From the human T2T-CHM13v2.0 reference genome, Homo sapiens: a stretch of DNA of 64,000 nt. The stretch's first letter is position 1. Every line of letters starts with the position of its first letter. The stretch lies in NCBI RefSeq assembly GCF_009914755.1, contig NC_060934.1; one strand, written 5' to 3'. The notes under the pieces were generated by a model. It searched no databases. It had not been told where the DNA came from and was given only the letters and a program-made list of their open reading frames with translations. The position numbers and the translations under genes are program-made. This document shows positions 30,698 to 42,918 of this stretch, piece by piece.

Positions 30698-33416
30698 TGG
30701 TGGCCATTGTTAAGCCTCCAGAACCTCTACCTTTAAAATGGTTAACAGATAAGCCAATTTGGATAGAACAATGGCTGCTAAGTAAAGAGAAACTGGAGGC
30801 TTTAGAGGAATTAGTTACTGAACAATTAGAAAATGGGCACATAGCTCCAACATTTCCCCTTGGAATTCTCCAGTTTTCTTAATGAAGAAAAATTCAGGTA
30901 AATGGAGAATGTTAACTGACTTAAAAGCCATCAATTCAGTTATACAACATATGGGAGCATTACAGCCAGGACTGCCTTCTCCTGCTGTAATTCCAAAAAA
31001 TTGGCCTTTAATAGTCATAAATTTAAAAGACTGTTTCTTTACTATCCCCTTAGCTGAGCAAGATTGTGAATGGTTTGCATTTACAATTCCTGCAGTAAAC
31101 AACCTGCAGGCTGCTAAGCATTTTCATTGGAAAGTGTTGCCACAAGGCATGTTCAACAGTCCAACAATTTGCCAGACGTATGTAGGGCAAGCAATTGAAC
31201 CTACTCATAAAAAATTTTCAGTGTTACATTATTCATTATATGGATGATATACTTTGTGCTGCCCCCACTTGAGAAATATTACTCCAATGTTACGATCACT
31301 TGCAAAATTCGATTTCTCACACTGGTTTAATTATAGCTCCTGACAAAATTCAGACTACTGCTCCTTACTCCTACTTGGGGACCTTAGTAAATGATACTAC
31401 CATTGTGCCACAGAAAGTAACCATATGTAGGGATCAATTGAAAACATTAAATGACTTTCAAAAATTACTAGCATTAATTACTAGCATTAATTGCATACGA
31501 CCTGCACTAGGCATTCCTACCTATGCCATGAGTAATCTGTTTTCTATCCTTAGAGGAAAACCTAGTCTCACTAGCCCTTGGCAATTAACAAAGGAGGCTG
31601 AGGCAGAGTTACAGTTAATTGAAAAGCAAGTCCATAAAGCTCAAATAAATATAATAGATCCAGAGAAGACTCTAGATTTGCTAATTTTTTCAACTCAGCA
31701 TTCACCTACTGGTGTTATTGTCCAAGAACAGGACTTAGTAGAGTGGCTTTTTCTTCCACATACTAATTCACAGACTCTAACTCCTTATTTACATCAAATT
31801 ACTACTATGATAGGAAATGGGAGAACTCGGATTGTTTAATTACATGGATATGATCCTGGAAAAATTATTGTCCCTCTCACGAAGGCACAAATACAGCAAG
31901 CTTTTATAAATAGTCTTACTTGGCAAACCCATTTAGCTGACTTTGTGGGTATTCTCAATAATCATTTTCCTAAAATGAAACTGTTTCAATTTTTGAAATT
32001 AACTAATTGGATTCTCCCTAAAATAACTAAATTTAAACCAATTGAAGGTGCTGAGAATGTTTTTACAGATGGGTCTAGTAACAGTAAAGCTTCTTATTCT
32101 GGCTCAAAAAGTAAAGTTTTCCAGATGCCCTATACTTCGGCTCAAAAAGTGGAGCTTGCAGCTGTAATTGAGGTATTCACTGCTTTTGATATGCCTATTA
32201 ATGTGATTTGTGATTCTTCATATGTGGTTCATTCCACACAGTTAATTGAAAATGCTCAGTTACGATTTCATACAGATGAACAACTGATGACTTTATTTAC
32301 CCAATTGTAAACAGCAGTTAGGAGTAGAATGCACCCTTTTTACATCACTCACATTAGGGCTCATACACCTCTTCCAGGACCTTTGTCTGAAGGGAATCAA
32401 ATGACTGATCGCCTAGTTGCTAATGTAATATCTAATGCTGACACTTTCACAATTTAACCCATGTTAACGCCTCTGGTCTCAAACGCAGATACAGCATAAC
32501 CTGGAGAGAAGCTACAGCTATTATCCAGCAATGTCCAACTTGCCAAATGGTACATTCCTCATCTTTTACAGGAGGATTGGAACCTAATTCTCTTTGGCAA
32601 ATGGATGTCACACGTGTTCCCTCGTTTGGGAGACTAGCTTATGTACATGTGTGGACACCTTTTCTCACTTTGGGCTACATGCCAATCAGGAGAGTCTTCT
32701 GCCTGTGTTAAACGTCACTTTTGCAGTGTTTTGTGGTGATGGGCATCCCAGCTTCTATTAAAACAGATAATGCCCCAGGCTATACTAGCCAAGCTCTAGC
32801 TACATTTTTCTCTATGTGGAATATTAAACACATTACTGGTATCCCATACAATTCTCAAGGACAAGCCATAGTGGAAAGAATTAATCTCTCCCTGAAACAG
32901 CAGTTGCGAAAGCGGTGGGGGGAGGGGGGAAATAGAGAATATGGAACACTGCAGATATAATTGAATCTAGCATTATTAACTTTAAATTTTTTGAGCCTGC
33001 CCAAAGGCCAGATGTTATCAGCAGCTGAACAGAAGCTGCAGAAACCAGCTGCAAAGACAGAAGCAGAACAACTGGTTTGGTGGAGAGATCCGATAACAAA
33101 AAGTTGGGAAATAGGTAAAATAATAACTTGGGGTAGAGGCTATGCTTGTGTTTCTCCAGGCCAAAATCAACAGCCTATTTGGATACCATCAAGACACCTG
33201 AAACCTTATCATGAGTCAGATGCCGAGGAAGAGATTCTGGGAGAAACCCAAGGACCCCCTGGTTGCAGCCATGTTGAGGCTGATGCTGAGGAGGACCCCA
33301 ACTGTCATGAGCAACACCTGTCTAACACAGCCACCCACCTGGAGACAGATCAAGAAGTTGTCACAGATGGCAGAAGAAAACCTGGGGAAAGCAGGACAAC
33401 CAGTCACAATGAGTAA
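30660..33416 (+). pseudogene. pol: HML-3 pol remnant (RT, RNase H, integrase)
   Basis: [55 protein letters not shown]. Broken by frameshifts and stops. Confidence 0.92.
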
Positions 33417-34320
33417 TTTAATGGTAGCTATGATAGTGGTGATCACCATTGCCATGAGTATTCCTTCAACAAGGGCTGACACAGAGAACAATTATACTTA
33501 TTGGGCATATTTGTCAATCTTGGCTGGCAATAATGCCTGGATGTAATCACTCTATGACACAGTTACATACGCTTTCTGATCTCAATATTTACCGTAATAA
33601 ATCTGCTCCTATAATTGAGGCATACCACCCTCAAAAACCTATTTGTAAACAGAATTGGACCTGGCCAGAAAAAATGAACGTACTTGTTTGGAAAGACTGC
33701 ATTACAGAACAGGCAGAGGTGCTACACAACAATTCCTATGGAATCATTATTGATTGGTCCCCTAAGGGGATGTTTAGCTTAAACTGCACCTCTCAGTCTG
33801 TGTGCCACGGCCACACTGTGTTCAGCTGGTCTGAACAAAACGGTCAGATGGTAGAAATGATAAGAAGTATGGCAAGAGTTCCTATTATCTGGAACCATGG
33901 CACCTCAACCTCAAATGATATGGCCCACTCTAGGAGCTTAACATAAGGATCTGTGGAAACTATCAATGGCTCTTAATAGGATCAAAACTTGGGAAAGAAT
34001 AAAAAAGCATCTAGAAGGACACTCTACGAACTTGTCTTTGGATATTTCAAAATTAAAAGAACAAATATTTAAAGCATCCCAGGCACACCTTACCTTAATG
34101 CTAGGAACTGGAATGCTTGAAGGAGCTGCAGAAAGATTAGCAGCTAGTAACCCATTAAAATGGGTAAAAACACTTGGAAGCTCTGTGATTTCAATGATGA
34201 TTGTGCTTTTAATCTGTGTTGTCTTTGTATAGTCTGCAGTTGCAGATCCTGATTCCTGCAACAAGTAGCTCACCATGACAAAGCTGCCTTTGCTTTTATT
34301 GCTTTGCAGATCAAAGAAGG
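33211..34320 (+). pseudogene. env: HML-3 env remnant with large internal deletion
   Basis: Signal-peptide PPTWRQIKKL, NYTYWAY, SU IIDWSPKG and TM LSLDISKLKEQIFKASQAHL. Only about 1.1 kb long. Confidence 0.85.
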
Positions 34321-34326
34321 GGGACA

Positions 34327-34829
34327 TGTTGGGAACAGGCCCCCCCCCCCCAAAATCTGGCCGTAAACTGGCCATAAACAAAATCTCTGCAGCACTGTGA
34401 CATGTTCATGATGGCTATGATGCCCACACTGTAAGGTTGTGGGTTTACTGGAATGAGGGCAAGGAACACCCAGCCCACCCAGGGCGGAAAACCGCTTAAA
34501 GGCGTTCTTAAACCACAATAGCACGAGTGATCTGTGCCTTAAGGACATGCTCCTGCTGCAGATAACTAGCCAAACCCATGCCTTTATTTCGGCCCATCCC
34601 TTTGTTTCCTGTAAGGAATACTTTTAGTGCATCTATAATCTATAGAAACAATGCTTATCACTGGCTTGCTGTCAATAAATATGTGGGTAAATCTCTGTTC
34701 GAGGCTGTCAGCTCTGAAGGCCGTGAGACCCCTGATTTCCCACTCCACATCTCTATATTTCTGTGTGTGTGTCTTTAATTCCTCTAATGCCGCTGGGTTA
34801 GGGTCTCCCTGACCGAGCTGGTCTCGGCA
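34327..34829 (+). mobile_element. 3' LTR (MER9)
   Basis: Preceded by polypurine tract AAAGAAGGGGGACA. Ends GGTCTCGGCA. Confidence 0.95.
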
Positions 34830-35429
34830 AGACAGACTCTGGAAACATGGCTAAGACAGAAGGTAAATGTAGTGGATTAAGGAGAGAACTGGTGTGGCTT
34901 GGTCCTAGATTCTTGTGTCCAAAACTCTATACAAATTAGCTGGAAAATGACTTCCCTCCCCAAAAAGAAACAACTACATCAACAAAAACCACAAACAGGA
35001 ATCTCCTTGGGAGAGATTAGTCCTCTACACATCAAATAAGGGGAAACCAAGATCCATTAAAAATGCATCTGCCAGTACAGTAATTGGTTGACATTAGACA
35101 TATATTTCATTTTGGGTTAGTGATAACATACTTTACTAATTTGGCACCAATGAATGTTACCTAAAGATGTAATAATTTAAACCAAAGAAATCAACATTAT
35201 ATTTCCACTAAAATCAATGTCATGGAAATATACTTGGCTGTTTTAACTATTTTCCTATGAATATGTGGATTCCATGCAGGACTCTATATGGTATTTTCAC
35301 TCTCTCTAACACATCTTTCTTTTATATATCTAGATATCATACAAAGTATGGATCTTGCAAACCAACATTTTTTTGCCCCATGACTGTATCAGAAACAAAT
35401 GTACATAATGTATATTTCTTATGGTACAC

Positions 35430-35905
35430 TGTTCCAGTAATGTTTCCCAATGACAAGTCTCCCTGTATCCAAGACCTCATGTAATGTGCTCTGACGATGA
35501 ACTGGGCTTTGCCTTTTGACTTGCGTTGGCCAATGGGACACAGGCAAATGTCATGCAAATACAGATTCAAAAAGTATTTGCCTAATGGTGCTTGTCTTCT
35601 TGGACACAGTCAAATTGTGAAGAATCTTGGGGCTACCTGCTGGAAACACAGTGCCTAACAGAGAGCCAGCACAAATCACAAGACATGTGAGTAAAGCCAT
35701 CTTAAGCCAACCAGCCTCAGTCAAGGCACCAGGTGACTCAACTGTCACTCGTGATCCAAGCAACACTAACATAGAATATGAACTGCCCAGATGAACCCAC
35801 CACAAAATACAGATCCATAGAAGCTTGAACAAAGAAAATGGTGGTGGTTTTTTAAGCCACTAAGGTCTGATTACTTTCTTATAAAGCAAATGCTAACTGA
35901 TACAT
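35430..35905 (+). mobile_element. MLT1 (G/H-like) LTR
   Basis: TTGGCCAATGGGACA...AGACATGTGAGTAAAGCCATCTT...TTTTAAGCCACTAAG...GCTAACTGATACA. Confidence 0.7.
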
Positions 35906-36516
35906 CTAAGCCGCCAGAACTTGATATATATCTAAGAAAATTATGTGGGGAAGAAAGTTTTAATGTGTATGTCAAATACAATCAACACCACTTTGGAAGC
36001 ACACAAAGAAATTTTGAAAATCACAATGAATATCAAATGGATGGAATTCAGTGAGGTAGGTGGCTGGTGCTAATAGAGACCGTGTGAATCATACAAAGCA
36101 ACTGTTTGCACATCAGAAAGCCGTCTATGTTTTAAAGTTTTTACATCATAAAAAAGTTTGTTTACTTTAAAAAACACAAAACATAAAAAGAGTCTGTTAC
36201 AAGGGAGCATTGTACTTCATTTTATTAAATTTTAAGAAATAGGTTTGGAGAAGCAGTATGACAGTCTAATTTTCCCATATTAATGTCAAATAATCTCCCA
36301 TTATTTTCATGCAGAATTTATGATTTTTAAGAACATATTACTGACATTAAGTGGGAAACACTTGTGTTTCCTCAAATGAAACTCTTTGAAGTCACATAAT
36401 CCATAGAAAGTGTTGGGGATAAAAAAGGATAGGGATGTTTAAGGCAAAATATTTTAAAGCAATGTTTGTTCTATGCTGTCAGTGTTGCAAAAATAATCTC
36501 AAAAGTAAACAAACAC

Positions 36517-36804
36517 GGCCGGGTGCAGTGGCTCACGCCTGTAATCCCAGCACTATGGGAGGCCGAAGTGGGCGGATCACAAGGTCCGAAGATCGAGACC
36601 ATCCTGGCTAATACGGTGAAACCTCATCTCTACTAAAAATACAGAAAATTAGCCAGGCATGGTGGCGAGCGCCTGTAGTCCCAGATAGGAGGCTGAGGCA
36701 GGAGAATGCCATGAACCCGGGAGGCAGAACTTGCAGTGAGCCGAGATCTCACCACTGCACTCCAGCCTGGGTGACAGAGCGAGACTCCGTCTCAAAAAAA
36801 AAAA
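36517..36804 (+). mobile_element. AluY
   Basis: Full-length Alu. 16-bp TSD AAAAGTAAACAAACAC. Confidence 0.95.
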
Positions 36805-37530
36805 AAAAGTAAACAAACACTTGTTTTGACTTGTGGCAAAATGAGTAACACCAGCCAAAAGGTCGGGATGCCTAACATCTACAGATCAAGTGATCTTGGG
36901 CAAGTAAATAACTTCTCAAATCCAATTGCTCCATCTAACGTAGAAATACCTCGGCAAACTTCCTGAACTACCAGGAAGAACTATTAGGACAGAGGGAGCA
37001 TCAACATATCTGTAGATACCAAATTTCGTGCTAGACTATGTTTAAGACAGCTCAGACACGGGACAATTAGGGGAGATTGAAGGAATGGGACGACTGTTTA
37101 GGGAGCACTGTCTACGGTAGGACAGGTCATTCCTACACCCCAGATGACACCTTCAAGCTCCCTCCTATAAGCAACATTTCCTAGGCCCCTGCCTAGTCTT
37201 CTCAAACTCACCTCTCCTTTCTGAAAGTTGGCCTAAACCTTCCAAAAGCACCAGTTGTTAATAGCTATTGAATGAGCTATTATCAATCAAATACCGTGCA
37301 TTCTAGGGAGTAGGATCAATAACTGCTTGGGTCATGCAAAACTAGGATCTATGCCTTTCTGTGATTCTGCTCTGAAGCTCCAGTGAGAAGGTTCAGGCCA
37401 GAAGGGTGCTCTTTCAGAGGGGAGTCCTATTTTCTGCTTCCAAGTGTGGAACGCCTAATTTATTGCAAAGACAACTGGGCCATCACCCAGCACCCCATCT
37501 TCCTCGTGGAACTCGTCCCTGGAAAACAGG

Positions 37531-38992
37531 CCGGGGTTGCCCTCTATGCTGCCTAGAGGGCCTGCCTGCCGGGGCTGCCCGCTGTACGTCCTTCAGGCCT
37601 GGCTGGGAGGCTCAGCTGGCCCCGGGGCCCGCATGCCGGGCCTGTCCACTGTCCTGCCTTCAGGGCTCGCCAGCCTGGGCTGCCCGCGGTCCTGTCTGCA
37701 GGGGCCGCCTGCCGGGATTGCCCGCTCTCCTGCCTGCAGGCGCTGCTGGGAGGCTCAGCTGGCCCCGGGGCCTGCCTGCTGTCCTGCCTGCATGGACCAC
37801 CAGGCTGAGCTGCCCGCTGTCCTGCCTGCAGGGCCCGCCTGCCGGGGCTGCCCGCTGTGCAGCCTGCAAGGCCCACCTTCCGGGGTTGCCCTCTAAGCTG
37901 CCTACAGTGCCCGCCTGCCGGGGCTGCCTTCCGGGATTGCCCGCTCTCCTGCCTGCAGGCCCTGCTGGGAGGCTCAGCTGGCTCAGCCTGCAGGGCCGGC
38001 CTGCCGGGGCTGCCCGCTGTACGTCCTCGAGTTCCGACTGGAAGGCTCAGCTGGCCCCAGGGCCCCATGCGGGGCCTCTCCGCTGTCCCGCCTTCAGGGC
38101 TCGCCAGCCTCCGCTGCCCGCTGTCCTGTCTGCAGGGGCTGCCTTCCGGGATTGCCCGCTCTCCTGCGTGCAGGCCCTGCTGGGAGGCTCAGCTGGCCCC
38201 GGGGACCGCCTGCCGGGTCTGCCCGCTGTGCTGCCTGCATGGACCACCAGCCTGAGCTGCCCGCTCTCCTGCCTGCAGGCCCGGCTGGGAGGCTCAGCTG
38301 GCCCCGGGGACCGCCTGCCGTGTCGGCCCGCTAACCTGCCTGCAGGGCCCGCCAGCCTGAGCTGCTCGCTGTCCTGCCTGCAGGGCCCGCCTGCCGGGGC
38401 TGCCCGCTGTGCAGCCTGCAAGGCCCACCTGCCGGGGTTGCCCTCTAAGCTGCCTACAGTGCCCGCCTGCCGGTGCTGCCCACTGTACATCTTTCAGGCC
38501 CAGCTGGGAGGCTCAGCTGGCACTGGGGCTTGCATGCCGGGCCTGTCTGCTGTCCTGCCTTCAGAGCTCGCCAGCCTGGGCTGCCCGCGGTCCTGTCTGC
38601 AGGGGCCGCCTGCCGGGATTGCCCGCTCTCCTGCTGGCAGGCCCGGCTGGGAGGCTCAGCTTGTCCCGGGGACCGCCTGCCGGGTCTGCCCGCTGTCCTG
38701 CCTGCATGGACCACCAGCCTGAGCTGCCCGCTGTCCTGCCTGCAGGGCCTGCAGGCCCGGCTGGGAGGCTCAGCTGGCCCCGGGGACCGCCTGCCGGGTC
38801 TGCCCGCTCTCCTGCCTGCAGGGCCCGCCAGCCTGAGCTGCTCGCTGTCCTGCCTGCAGGGCCCGCCTGCCGGGGTTGCCCTCTAAGCTGCCTACAGGGC
38901 CGGCCTGCCGGGGCTGCCCGCTGTACGTCCTTCAGGCCCAGCTGGGAGGCTCAGCTGGCACTGGGGCCTGCATGCCGGGCCTGTCTGCTGTC
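37531..38992. repeat. GC/CpG-rich minisatellite with 38-bp monomers, 67-bp variant monomers and higher-order organisation
   Basis: Monomer TGCCCGCTGTCCTGCCTGCAGGGCCCGCCTGCCGGGGC. The variant carries a GGCTGGGAGGCTCAGCTGGCCCCGG insert. About 32 monomers by manual parse. Confidence 0.92.
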
Positions 38993-38999
38993 TGGTCTT

Positions 39000-39720
39000 C
39001 GTTTTTGGTTCTCTTCATTTGGTTTATAAATTTGAGTTAATATTTGGAGCCATTTTCTCAACCCAATACAGCTTTGCTCCCATGACCTCCTTCGTACTCT
39101 TATTGGTGAACACATTACATTTATATATGGTACAGGAAGAAGAATGCATTGTATATATGCAGTTTTATACAACTGCTTTCTACATCGGTTAAGAGAAGAA
39201 AATAGAAGAATGTGCACTTATACTGCCTTTTGTAGTTTCATATTTACCTTTTATGGTGCCCTATGTTTTTTGTGTGTGATTTTGATTTACTGTCTGGGAT
39301 CACTTGCTTCCAGCCTGATGAATTTCTCTTTTGATTTCTTATGAGGCAGATATTCCAGCGACATATTCTTTCAGTTTTGTTAATCTGGGTATGTTTTTAT
39401 TATACCTTCATTTTAGAAACATAGCTGTGCTATATTATAGGAATCTTGGTTGAGAATTTTTAAAATTTGGACATTGCGCATATTATCCCACTTCTTCCTG
39501 GCCTATATTGTTTTTGATGAGGAATCAGCAGTTAATCTTGCTGGGGTTCCCATTGAAGAGTTTAAGAGGATCCTTTTTAATTTCAAAGCTTTTGCTTTCT
39601 GCTGTCTCTTCCTGCTTTCAGAATTTTTTCCTTGGGATTAACTTTCAGCATTTTCACTATAATGTGTCTGTAGATCTCTTTGTATTTATTCTATCTGAAC
39701 TGCACTGAGTTCCTGGATGA
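39000..39720 (-). mobile_element. Old L1M fragment (ORF1 3' part / inter-ORF)
   Basis: TTCAGTTTTGTTAATCTGGG...CCTTCATTTT...ATAGGAATCTTGGTTGA...TGATGAGGAATCAGCAGTTAATCTT, typical antisense L1M ORF1. Confidence 0.65.
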
Positions 39721-39887
39721 GAGTAAAATGTCATTCATTGTATGCCCTTGGGACCATTATCAGTGACTTTAAATGGTTGTTTTCATTTTTTAGTTTTTTT
39801 TTTGTAATTTTTACTAGTTTTGTTGGGGGCTAGATTTGTGGAGCTTTTCACACCAGCACACTCTCAGCTCACCCAGGAATCACGTAA

Positions 39888-40186
39888 TTTTATTTTTAAA
39901 ATTATTTTATGTATTTTTGAGACGGGGTCTCACTCTTTTGCCCAGGCTGGAGTGCGGTGGTGCATTGGTGCAGTCGCGGCTTACTGCAACCTCCACCTCC
40001 TGGGTTCAAGTGATTCTCCTGCCTCAGCCTCCCGAGTAGCTGGGATCACAGGTGTGCGCTGCCACACCCAGCTAATTTTTGTATTTTTAGTAGAGATGGG
40101 GTTTCACCATGTTGGCCAGGCTGGTTTCAAACTCCTGACCTCACGTGATCCTCCCACCTTCGCCTCCCAAGGTGCTGGGATTATAG
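39888..40186 (-). mobile_element. AluS, 5'-truncated
   Basis: Antisense Alu. Imperfect TSD CCCAG(G)AATCA(C/T)GTAATTTT. Confidence 0.93.
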
Positions 40187-41716
40187 CCCAGAATCATGTA
40201 ATTTTAGAGACTGCATGCTAAGTGACATGTAAACTCTCCCTAAGAGGCAGAGAGATGGGGAGGGGATATCAGAATGCAACTCTATCTGGAATCTTGAATA
40301 AAGGAGATTTGGACATCACTGAAGCTAGACAGAGTCCAGCAGAGAGAGCTGAGTCCAAAAAGAAAGGAGAGGACAGAACCCATTCCAGGTGGAGCACCTC
40401 TCCTGTGTTTTTGACTAGGCCCTTGGCACATTTCCTAGCCTCATGGAGCCCTGGATCATGCACATTATTGCTCTCTTCACCCTTTGCACCTGCTCACATC
40501 TTTCTACTGCAGCAATGACTGTGGGAAGCTGTATTTGTCCATATACTTTGGGGCGTGTGTACATATTATTGGGACTTTTGTCTTTCTTTCTCCTCCCTCT
40601 CTCTCTGCATCATTACCTCATCTCCAGGACTCCGCCCTGAAAACTCCTGTGGCCTCATCTCTCTGAATGCCCCATCCTGTTATTTCAACTTTGTGTGTCT
40701 CCATGCTCCCCATGTATGGAATCTGAAACCTGGAGCAGATTGTAATTCCCACCTAATTTGACTTTGTTATTCTGCATTAAATAATAACGATCTTATCTTA
40801 ATGGCCAGAGAGGAGAATTTATTTTTGCCCCCACTTCTTGTGCAGGTCAACAAGAGGAGCTTAGTACTCCACACAATGACTTAGGAACCTGTGCTGGTGG
40901 TGGCACTGGCATCTTACAGCTGCTCCATCTGGAGAAGGTTCCAGGTTGGTTAATGGTAATTCTATGATTTGGAATCCTAAGCACCCATGTTAGACGTCAA
41001 TACACGCTTTTCAGAAAAGAGCCTGCTCCAAGCTCGTAAAGGTGGACAGGGCAATTCCAGCCTCTGCATTATCATCATTTCCTCCTGATCAGGGTGGTAA
41101 CACCTTTACTCTGCCCTCAGGTGATTCCAGCTCTTCATATAGCTGCTGCCTCACAGAATTAGGATGAGTAGTGGGAAGAACTGAGTGTGGGAATGAAGCA
41201 GATGGGACAGAGTCCAAGAACCCAAAAGCAAGGAGGAAGAGACAGTACCGGGGCATGAATAGCCTTGGAGGGTTCCTGACGCCAGCCTGCAGTTCCTGGA
41301 GCTCCAGCACCTCATCCACAACATTTGCGAATGGACAAGGCAGGAGTGAGGAAGAAAGGTTTCATCTTCAGAGAAGAGGTATCAGTAGTGTAGGGGTGAA
41401 GGTGATGGAAGAAACGGTTGTGGAACAAAAGGAATAGAAAGCTCCCGGCAAGGATGGAGGCAGCACTGTTTGTTGGACAACTGAATTGGCCCAGGTGGCC
41501 CCTGCACTCTCAGGTACCTGAGACTCCACCCGCCTTGCCTTACTGTCCACATTTACTCATGGTGACAACCCCCGCCCCCAAATTTCATTTGAATGACATG
41601 CGCAGGTGCATTTGCACTGAGATCTTTATTCTAGGCCTGGGGCCTTGGAGCAGTGGGCAATTGCAACACAGGACAGAGAAGAGAGTATTGTTTGTGTCCC
41701 TGTGATCAGACACATG

Positions 41717-41722
41717 CACACA

Positions 41723-41754
<32 letters not shown>
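41717..41754. repeat. (CA)n microsatellite
   Basis: Long CA run read directly. Confidence 0.95.
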
Positions 41755-41756
<2 letters not shown>

Positions 41757-42918
41757 GGACACGGGCACAGACATGGGTAGTAATGAGACCTATTAAGTAT
41801 TTTCCCCTCCAGTAGGCAGATGTGCATGATACATAAATTACAAATAAGAGGAACCTTGTGAACACATTTCAAAGGCAAGATGAGTGAATATCGGTGACTT
41901 GTGGTTTTCATGTATTTTATAATTCAGTTCTTGGTATAAAATATATTTTATATTCCAACCTCGTATACACCTATACACTCTTGAAAAATCGAAAGAAGAG
42001 TTTCACTGAAGAAAACTTAATTTCACAAGGTGTGATACTCTCTGATGTTTTATTTTACATCATATACTAGTTCAATTAAAAAATAAATTCATTAAGCTCA
42101 TCAGAATTGACTGTGCCTGCAATTTCAAAAATGAGTCGGAGGAACAAGATATTAATGACTGGGCACCGCCTCTCCCACCTCCACCTGATGCAGTGCTCGA
42201 TGGTGAACTCACTGAGCCAGGCCATCTGTGTCCTTGCAAGGTGACCTTCCCTGTGCCCTTGCAGTGGGCATTGTGACACTTTCCTCTGAGACACTTCCAC
42301 AGTTGTGTATCTCATGCTTTGTTTTCAAAACAGATTCCTTGAAGCCTGTGGTGGTTTAATCTGGCCAGCCTGGGAGGGACTATTCCACTTCACAGCGAAT
42401 TTCTCTTTGATCCTTTTGCTAATTTCGTTCTGAGGTCAATCTTATTCCTGAGGTCCAAAGAGGTATCTCTCTGCTATGTCTCATTTTATTCTATTAATAG
42501 TGTATTAATATGGGCTGCTGAAGTTATTTTTTCTTAGCACTTATTAGGTGTTTGTATTTGTTTTATTTTATAATACTTACTCACTAAATATTAACCTTCA
42601 CAATTGAGGCAACATGCCCAGGGGAAGAAAGCTGACCTCAGTGTCTGTCACTGTGTACAGGCTCCTGTGGAATTGTCAATGCTGAGCAGCACACGTAGCT
42701 CTTGGAGTCTCATTTTCTTCATTTCTAAATTAGAAATGAGCACTTGTACTTTACAGCATTCTGAAGATAGAATGAGATGTGTCCAGATAACTCCTGTCAT
42801 GTGTTGGGGGATACATGTATGTGTATGTTCTTTCCCTTTCTTACATGATTATTCTCTTTGTGTGGGGAGGTGGTGAGTGTTTTTATTACATGCGGAAAGG
42901 AGATCTGTCTTGTTATGC

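Larger units (their letters stand above)
27850..34829 (+). mobile_element. HERV-K(HML-3)/HERVK9 provirus with MER9 LTRs
   Basis: Two LTRs of about 510 bp (TG...CA), Lys-tRNA PBS, gag-pro-pol-env remnants, PPT, and 5-bp TSD AGACA at 27845-27849 and 34830-34834. Confidence 0.95.

Noticed and set aside
37406-38722. 438-aa ORF and many overlapping ORFs on both strands
   Set aside because: They lie within the GC-rich minisatellite, where stops are compositionally rare. The 438-aa ORF has a non-ATG start, and all translate to repetitive low-complexity sequence.
37531-38992. CRISPR-like repeat-spacer appearance of the recurring GGGAGGCTCAGCTGG block
   Set aside because: The intervening sequences are diverged copies of one monomer rather than unique spacers. 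The DNA is human and there are no cas genes.
41089-41319. Minus-strand ORF with a signal-peptide-like stretch (MPRYCLFLLAFGFLDSVPS)
   Set aside because: Short. Manual translation beyond the stop in all three frames gave no recognisable family. The hydrophobic run reflects a purine-rich plus strand.
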